From: Candidatus Deferrimicrobium sp.
Lineage (GTDB): Bacteria > Bacillota > Desulfitobacteriia > Desulfitobacteriales > JAJXUE01
Length of the DNA: 41,672 nucleotides
Direction: 5' to 3'
NCBI GenBank assembly: GCA_035654715.1
Contig: DASRWH010000322.1
Coordinates: forward strand, 1-41,672
Shown: one piece after another, positions 26,432 through 35,000 of the stretch
Position numbering within the stretch: position 1 is the first letter of the stretch
How the letters are laid out: every line of letters begins with the position of its first letter
Notes under the pieces: generated by a model
Seen by the model: only the letters and a program-made list of their open reading frames with translations
Told to the model about the DNA's origin: nothing
Databases searched by the model: none
Position numbers and translations under genes: made by a program

Positions 26432-26451
26432 AATGAACCTCCTTATTTTTG

Positions 26452-27786
26452 TTAATCTTGAAGGCCAGCCAATTCTCCTTCTAGGGTCCAGGTGCCGGCT
26501 TCAACTATCTTAACTGAAACCAGTTGTCCCTCCAGACTTTTAGGTCCAGGAAACACTACTAATCCATTAGTCCTGGTTCTTCCAGTTAATTTCTCTTTGT
26601 TATTCTTGCTTTCCCCTTCCACCAGAACCTCTAATACCTCGCCCAAAAGTGCCTGATTTCTTCGGAAGCTAATCTCATTTTGAACGAGCATGAGACGTTG
26701 TAGCCTCTGCTTCTTGACCTCTGCGGACAGTTGTTCTTCCATTTTTGCTGCGGGTGTGCCTGATCTAGGTGAATAGATAAAGGTATAGGCCATATCAAAT
26801 TCAACCTCGGTCAATAGGTCTAAGGTGTCTTGAAAATCTTCTTCTGTCTCGCCTGGAAAACCAACAATCAGATCCGTAGTTAAAGAAGCATTGGGAATGA
26901 TTTCTCTAATCTTAGTTGCTCTCTCCAGATAATATTCGCGTGTATACCCCCGGTTCATTTTCTTCAACACTCTGTCGCTGCCCGCCTGGAGTGGTAGGTG
27001 AAAATGTTCGCAAATTTTATCTCCCTCTGCAACAGCCATAATCATTTTATCTGTTAAATCTCTAGGATGTGATGTCATAAATCGGATTCTTTCTACCCCA
27101 GGAACTTTGTTTACAGCGAGTAATAAATCCGAAAAATCTACCTGGTCCTCTAAGTCTTTGCCATAAGAGTTTACGTTCTGGCCTAATAGGGTTATTTCTT
27201 TAAAACCTGCTTGCCCTAGTTGAGTTATTTCTTCTACGATATCAGCAACTTTCCGACTTCTCTCCCTGCCCCTTACATAAGGGACAATACAATAAGTACA
27301 GAAGTTGTTACACCCGTACATGATGGTTACGAAGGCTTTAAGTTGCCCTTCGCGTCGGGTAGGCAGGTGTTCTACAATCTCACCTTCGCTCTCCCAAACA
27401 TCTATTATAGACTTGCCCGTTTCTTGCACCTGAGCAACTAGTTTAGGCAACTGATGAACATTATGAGTGCCAAACAAGATATCTAAGTGAGGAGCACGTT
27501 TTAGTAAACGTTCAGCAGCTTGATCCTGTTGGACCATGCAACCGCACAAAGCAAGTACTAGCTCTGGCTTTTTCTCCTTTAGCCTTTTAAGATTCCCGAT
27601 ATGGCCAAGAGTCTTGTTTTCGGCGCTTTCTCTAACACAACAGGTGTTAATGACTATTAAGTCAGCTTGTTCTGGAGCATCAACATAGGTATACCCCATT
27701 TCCTCGCACATACCCGCGATAATTTCTGTATCCCGTTCATTCATTTGACAGCCGAAAGTTAACGTATGATAGTACTGTTGAACCAT
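26452..27786 (-). CDS. miaB: tRNA-2-methylthio-N6-dimethylallyladenosine synthase
   Basis: UPF0004 N-domain cysteines, radical-SAM CNNFCTYC, C-terminal TRAM. Confidence 0.95.
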   Translation of the reverse strand: MVQQYYHTLTFGCQMNERDTEIIAGMCEEMGYTYVDAPEQADLIVINTCCVRESAENKTLGHIGNLKRLKEKKPELVLALCGCMVQQDQAAERLLKRAPHLDILFGTHNVHQLPKLVAQVQETGKSIIDVWESEGEIVEHLPTRREGQLKAFVTIMYGCNNFCTYCIVPYVRGRERSRKVADIVEEITQLGQAGFKEITLLGQNVNSYGKDLEDQVDFSDLLLAVNKVPGVERIRFMTSHPRDLTDKMIMAVAEGDKICEHFHLPLQAGSDRVLKKMNRGYTREYYLERATKIREIIPNASLTTDLIVGFPGETEEDFQDTLDLLTEVEFDMAYTFIYSPRSGTPAAKMEEQLSAEVKKQRLQRLMLVQNEISFRRNQALLGEVLEVLVEGESKNNKEKLTGRTRTNGLVVFPGPKSLEGQLVSVKIVEAGTWTLEGELAGLQD

Positions 27787-27821
27787 TGTTTCATAACCTT
27801 CCCGAATTGATGTTTATGTCA

Positions 27822-27848
27822 AATAAGATAACCCCAAAATGGGGTTAT
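27822..27848 (-). terminator. Weak terminator after the TrxR-like gene
   Basis: ataacccc / ggggttat stem with a modest U-tail. Confidence 0.45.
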
Positions 27849-27929
27849 TACTGAGGTGTCCTTACTCTCTGCCAGTTTACCTAAAATATTACCAACTTTC
27901 AACCTATATTTCCACTGATTACATAATTA

Positions 27930-28904
27930 TTAAGAAGTGATGGCAGGTAAGAAACCTTCTTGCTTAAGTTGTTTGTTTACCCAGATCGCTGCCTGAACCC
28001 CATCTGCGATGGCGATTGTGACTTGTTGAGAGTGGGCAGCAACTACATCCCCTACCGCCCAACATCCTGAGACATTGGTCTCCTTTGTTCGAGGATCCAC
28101 AATGATATTCCCACTTTGCGAGGTTTCTACCCCGAGACCTTCAGCTAATTCTGAATTTATGCTAAATTTGCCTAGTGCAGAAAAAACCTTCTCGCAGCTA
28201 AGTTCTGTACCATTCTGCAAGATTAACTTATCAATTCTATCTTTGGTTTCCCCGATGAATTCCTTTAACTTGTCAGAATAAACCTCTATTCCAAAGTGCG
28301 CTAGTTTTTCCAATCTCTCTTCCGATATCTTCCGCTCAGGCTCTACGTTTACCACTTTGATTTCTCTGGTCCAATTTAATAAAGCCAAAGCTAATTCGGC
28401 AGCTCCATTACCTATTCCAACTACAACCACCTTTTTATTGCTGACTTCGTACCCATCGCAGTCAGGACAATAATAGATCGCTTTTCCCGCCCATCGAAAT
28501 ACATCTTTCACATCTGGATGCCTGTCCATAACTCCTGTGTTTAATATGAGTTTACGACAACGGTATTGCACAATGTTGGTTGAATTGCCTGCTTTATAGT
28601 CGCCCTTATCTTGAAGCGTTACGTTAAATAATCCATCAGAATCTTTAACTGCATTCGTGACTACCTTAGTCAAAAATTCTACCCCATACTCCTTCGCCTG
28701 AGCACGTCCAGCCTTTAATAATGCCTGTCCAGAAACTCCAGATGGAAACCCAAGAATATTCATATATTGAGGCACGAAGGAAGCACGCCCTTTACCTCGG
28801 TCCACTATTAGGGTCCTCCACTTATATCTCCCTAATTGTAGTGCGGCTTGCAAACCCCCAGGTCCACCGCCAACGATAATTACATCATAAATATTGGTGT
28901 TCAT
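27930..28904 (-). CDS. Thioredoxin-reductase-like FAD flavoprotein lacking the canonical NADPH motif
   Basis: GGGPGG FAD motif. CPDC redox pair (28458-28469). The second dinucleotide site reads GIGNGAAE ... VVNVEPERK instead of GGGxSA ... HRRxxxR. Start ATG 28904 (GAGGAG upstream). Confidence 0.85.
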   Translation of the reverse strand: MNTNIYDVIIVGGGPGGLQAALQLGRYKWRTLIVDRGKGRASFVPQYMNILGFPSGVSGQALLKAGRAQAKEYGVEFLTKVVTNAVKDSDGLFNVTLQDKGDYKAGNSTNIVQYRCRKLILNTGVMDRHPDVKDVFRWAGKAIYYCPDCDGYEVSNKKVVVVGIGNGAAELALALLNWTREIKVVNVEPERKISEERLEKLAHFGIEVYSDKLKEFIGETKDRIDKLILQNGTELSCEKVFSALGKFSINSELAEGLGVETSQSGNIIVDPRTKETNVSGCWAVGDVVAAHSQQVTIAIADGVQAAIWVNKQLKQEGFLPAITS

Positions 28905-29029
28905 CGAGACATTTCTCCTCAATATTCGTAGACTCTCTGTTTATAAGCATTACCCGAATATAAACATCTTACCATAAGTTTATGTGCATTAGAAATGTGG
29001 TTTCTCCCCCCAAGCCTGTAAGAACTGAT

Positions 29030-29066
29030 TCATCAAAAGTCTGGCCCAGATAGAAAGGGCCAGACT
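29030..29066 (-). terminator. Terminator after the giant glucan synthase gene
   Basis: agtctggccc / gggccagact stem. Confidence 0.7.
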
Positions 29067-29069
29067 GAT

Positions 29070-32000
29070 TTACATAGTGTATGTAACCAAATGGTTACTA
29101 CCATCATCAACTAACTCCACAGCACCAACCTTTATCGGCTTTCCATCAACTTGGATTCCAGTAATCCCAGTATTTTTGCCGTTAGGGTTAATAACTTGGA
29201 AAGTATATTGGGAAGTTTTGTACCTATATTCTATAGTGAATTCCGGCCAAGTACTGGGAATACAGGGCTCTAAGTGCAGTTTATTTCCTTCAAGACAAAA
29301 ACCCAGTATCCCTTCCAAACCAGCCTGATACATCCACCCTGCTGCACCTGTATACCAGGACCACCCTCCCCTTCCTACATGGGGAGGAATTGCATACACA
29401 TCAGCTGTCATAACATATGGTTCAACCTTATAATATGCCACCTCTGTTTCTGTACGGGCATGGTTTATCGGATTTAACATTTGGAACAATTCTGCTGCCT
29501 TGTCCCCTTCCCCCATTTTGGCCAGGGCCAGTACTGACCAAATAGCACCATGGGTATACTGACCACCATTTTCCCTAACCCCTGGAACATATCCCTTGAT
29601 ATATCCTGGGTCAGGTTTTGAGGTATCAAAGGGCGGAGTTAATAACAGCAGAATACCTTCGTCCTTGCGAATTAAATAATGCTCCAAGGCTAGCATCGCA
29701 TCCTCTGCCCTCGTTGGCTTAGCTGCACCAGACAGTACCGCCCAGGATTGGGCAAGGGCATCAATCTGGCACTCTTGGTTTCGGGCAGAACCCATTGGGG
29801 AGCCATCATCAAAGTAAGCCCTGCGATACCACCCACCATCCCAACCGTGTAGCTCGAGGCTCTCCTGCAGCTTACTACATACCTCTGCATAATGTTTAGT
29901 GAGTTCCATGTCTCCTTGAACCGCACAGATTTTTGAGAAACGTTGTAAAGTAAGATAAATAAACCAACCCAACCATACGCTTTCCCCAGTTCCCCTTACC
30001 CCTACACGACTAAAGCCATCATTCCAATCCCCGGAACCGATCAGGGGTAAACCATGTTCCCCGAATTTGAGTCCCCTTTCTATAGCCTTTAGACAGTGCT
30101 CATAGACCGTACCGTCTTGTTCAGATACCCTTGGTACGGAATAACGTTCATCTGTATCTTCTGATAGCGGGTCGTCCTCCAGATACTTTGCTCGCTCCTT
30201 TAAAATTCCATAGTCTTGAGTGTGCTCAATATAATCTGCAGTTACGAATGGCAGCCACAACAAATCATCTGAAAATTTAGTGCGTATTCCCTTACTTCCT
30301 TCCGCATGCCACCAGTGCTGCACGTCACCCTCTAGAAATTGGTGTTCACAATGGAGCAGGATTTGTTCTCTTGTCCACTGCGGTGCGGAGGGAGTCAGGG
30401 CCATGACATCTTGGAGTTGATCCCTAAATCCAAAGGCGCCCCCGGATTGATAAAAAGCAGAACGTGCCCAAATTCTACATACCACTGTTTGGTACAACAG
30501 CCATCGGTTGAGGAGAATATCCATACTTTTGTCCGGAGTTCGTACTTGCAAATTACCCAGGAAACCTGTCCAGAACTCCTCAACTTCGGCAAAGGCAGCA
30601 GTCACTTGATCCTCTCGTTGGAAACGCTGCAACAGTTGTTCAACCTCTGCAAGGCTTTTCCCTTCACCCAATAGGAAACAGACGGTTTTACCTTCTCCTG
30701 GAAGCAAATTAATATCAATTTGGATCGCTGCGCAAGGGTCAAAACCAGCACCAACAGAATTTGATAGCGTACTCCTTGATAAAGCTACCGGTCTTTGTGC
30801 GTTCCCGTTACGGCCGATAAATTCAGTACGGTCTGCAGTGTAGGACTTGATCTCTGCACCAGTACAACTGAGGAAAATACGCCTTTGAGCAAACTCTTGC
30901 TGATATACATTAGCTGCTAGCAGGCAATTATTCTCCGAGTCAAACTCACTTACCAGATAAGGAGCGGTTAATTCTCGTGCAACGCCCATCACCAGCTCAG
31001 CATAGTAAAACCCAGTCAATGTGCGCGTTTCTTTGCTTAGGTTAGTCAAGGTAAGTTGCAAAATCTTTATCGGTTCCTCTTTGGGGACAAACAACAGGAG
31101 TTCCTGCCTAAGGCTGAGACTCTCATGGATAAACTTGCTGTATCCTTGGCCATGACGAACCGTATAAGGCTCTTGTTGTTTAATACTTCCAGGTATTGGC
31201 GACCAAAACGAGCCTGATTGTTCATCTCGCAAGAAAATAATTTCCCCTGACTGGTCAATTACCGGGTCATTTGACCAGGGCGTTAGCTTATTTTCCCGAC
31301 TGTTGGTCGACCAGGTATAGCCCCCTCCAGATTCAGTTATCAGGAAACCAAAGTGTTTGTTAGCAATCACATTGCTCCATGGAAGAGGGGTTTGGATATT
31401 CGGCCTTACTAAGATGACGTATTCTTTGCCGTCTTTACTAAACCCGCCATAGCCGTTGTAATACTCAAGTTCTTCTGTAGCAGGTAAGACAGCTGCACTT
31501 ACGCTGTCCTGGCCCTCAACTTGGAGTTCCATTGTCTGCCCCAAATCTTTGGGTGCGAGGAGCAGTTCTTTGCCTAGCTTGCGGAATTGCATGCTACAAG
31601 ACCCACCTTCCGCGGAGAACACTTGCCTTGCAACCGAAAATAGCAAATTAACATCTTCCAAGGGCATATGCTCTTTTTGGAGCAGGAAAATTCCTCCAGG
31701 CCTATTGAGCATTTCCCTTGCGTGACCCACAGCAACCAAGTCCTTTAAACTGTCGTGTAAATCTTGTAAGTACCCACTCTTGTCCTCATTAAGAATAACA
31801 AGGTCAATCACTAAGCCTTTTATATGCCAGTACTCGTGTATGGTTAATAACTGCCTTACAAAGTCTAGGTCATCTATTTTAGAGATTCTAACCAGAATCA
31901 TTGGCAAGTCACCCGAAATGGAGTAAGGCCACAGAGAAGCTTGACCCTTGCAATTGGACTTAATAACCTCCTCGTATTCACGCCGACAAGGGCTAAGATA

Positions 32001-35000
32001 TAGTAAATTCCCGCCCAAAGATAGTGCATCGTTAGCTTGATTAGAAGACAGTCCCAAATGTCTCAGTTCCATTTGACTGTAAGTCCAGGCAAGTTCAAAG
32101 ACGCGCTCAATCGAAGCAGGATCTCTATATTTCTCTGCCAACCTGATAACCTCTTCTTTACTTTCCCCTATACCCACAGAGAAGGAAACCTGAACGACTT
32201 GACCAGGTCGCAGACGTACTCTTTGACGCAGACTTAAAATTGGATCAAGGACAGCGCCTGTTGTGCCTGACAACGGGTGGTTGGGTTCAAGTGCTCTGGG
32301 ATTCGTCAAATTTCTGCCCCGTCCCACGAACTTATAACGGTCTGTTTCGTACTGTAGGGCACCGATGCTTTCTCCTTGTATCGCCACGGTTTGCATAATC
32401 CATTTTCGAGCCTGGTCGTCTCTCCTTGGACGCCGTGATGCTAACAAGGATTGATGGGTAAATTCCGTTTCTATAAACAGATTACCAAAGGCCGGGTGAG
32501 CCAAGTCCTCACTAGGGCGGGCTAGTACGGCCTCAAAATAACTTGTAATTTCAATTGTTCTGTCGTACTGGCTATTGTTGGTGAGGCTAATTCGACGAAT
32601 CTCCACTTGATCTTCTGGCGAAACAATGACTTCCGTTTTTGTCCTAATATTACCGTCTTTACGGTAGTATTCAGCCCGATCTGGGGCATAAGTGACTTTA
32701 TAATCCTCACCTGAATATCCACAAGGTTGATGGGCGGCTGACCACGTGGCTCCAGAATTCAGATTTTGAATATAAAAATACATACCCCAACTGTCTTTAG
32801 TTACATCTTCTCGCCATCTGGATATGCTCAACTCTGCGAATTTGCTGTAGCCGGAGCCAGAATTAGTCAGCATAACAGCATATTGACCGTTTGAGAGAAA
32901 GTGAGTGACGGGAACACTAGTTTCGGCTGTGGCTAGTGTTATAACCCGTTTTTCCAAGGCAGGTGCTTTAACAGCTATGCCAATCTCGCGTTCTTCAGGT
33001 TGAGGAGTGACAACTGCTGTTGCTGGCACACGTTCTTTCAGCAGCAATTCAGTAGATTGCACAAGGGGGAGGGAATGAAAGCGCTTTTGCATTATATTAT
33101 CAAACAATACATTCGTGATGGATATAAAACTCATCCCTTGGTGATGTGCCATGAAACTTTGAACTAAACGAAAGCCGCCTCCAAGTGCCCTGTCCTGAGC
33201 ATAGTCCGCTGCTTCGTATAAACCGTATAAACCACCATAGCCAAGGTTCTGCATATTCCTAATGTTAGCTAAAGCGGTTTTGGGTGCAACCATTAGAGCT
33301 AGAAAGGTTGCATAAGGTGCAACCACCAACTCTTGCAACAGTCCGCGTTTTAAACCAAGTCCGGGCACACCAAAGGCCTTATACTGATAGTTTAGTTGGG
33401 CATCAAAGGTATAGAAACCGGACTCGGAAATTCCCCAAGGAGTTTTACGTTGTGCGCCGTACCACTCTTGAGCCGCAACTACAGATTTGTAAGTTTCGTC
33501 TAAAATAGTGCCCTGATAGTTACGCATGACTAAAAGAGGCATCAAGAACTCAAACATGGTTCCGCTCCAGGAAACTAGACCCCTCTTCCCTCTGACAACT
33601 GTGAGAGAACGCCCCAGTCTAAACCAGTGACTCTTAGCGAGATCACCTTTTGCAATGGCAATAAAGCTTGCCTGACGGGCTTCAGAAGCTAACAAATCAT
33701 AATAAGATCTATCTAAGGTTTGTTCCCCTATCCGATACCCAATAGAAAACAGTTGCCGATGGGTATCAAATAAGGGTAGAAAGTCTGTTGACATTGCTTT
33801 GGATGATAGTTCGGCACGGAGTTCCCTAATTTCAGTTTTTAAGCGACGAACTTCAATTAAAGCCTGGGGCTGTATAGAAAACTTTGCAAGATAAGCTTCC
33901 AATTCACTAAGGCTCAAGGTAGATATTTGCTCTGAACTTAATCCCTTATTTTCTACCCTGCTATGCAAAAGTTCAGAAAAGAGAGTATTGAACTCCTGCA
34001 AGAAATCAGCTAGCATTGCCAGCAAATGTTTCCCCCAGTATGAGTCCGCTGACGGTGAAGTTGCAAAAACATTCGATCCTTCGATTAGAAGATTGTGCCA
34101 AGCCAATAGATCTATATTGGTTGCTTGCAACATCTGGTCACAGGACCGAGCAAAAGAATCAAACTCTTCAGGAACAGGTGTGTTTAACTCTTCTAACAAA
34201 AGATTATATGTATCCTTTAAGCCATTGACCTGGTTGGAATCGATTACAGGCCTAGCTAGATATTCCTTTAACCCAGCCTCTAAGGTGAGAAAATACACCA
34301 CTAGATTACCGCTATCTACAGTTGATACATACAAAGGGTGCAGAGGTTTCAAGGACTCTGTGTCATACCAATTGTACAGGTGACCTTTCCAGTTTTCTAA
34401 ACTGTTAATTGAATTGAGAGTATGCCTTATCCGGAGGAGGAGTCGTGTCGTGGATATATAACCTAGATCGCGAGCTGCCTGATTAGCCACCAGTGCTAAT
34501 CCTATATTAGTTGGAGAAGTTCTATGGGCTACTCCATTCGGAGGTTCCACTTGCAAGTTATCTGGAGGTAACCAATTATCCCTCTCTGTTACGAAGTCCT
34601 CAAAAAAAGCCCAAATTTTACGAGCCCACCCTCGTAGTTCGGCCTTTTCGGTCTGGGTTAATTCCTCTTGCCCCAAGGATTGAGGTCTGCTTATAGATGC
34701 AGCAATCCAAGGAGAGAGAAGCCATAAGGTAATAATCGGGACTAGCCGCAATGTTCCTTGTGGATTGATTTCATAGGCAAGCAGTGATAGTAAAACTGTC
34801 GTAGTTAAAGCAGGAGTCATGATCTTGCAACTGTCCAAGAATCCAGCACTTAGCCTGCGTTCCGTATCCGCTGCAGCTTCCCATTCGAGCATTTTACGCC
34901 TACTAAGGGTTTGTCGGTACAAGCTACGTACGATTGCATCGGCATGAGTATATGCCTGGTAGGGTAGAAAGCAAAACGTAAACACAAATTGTAGAAGTGT

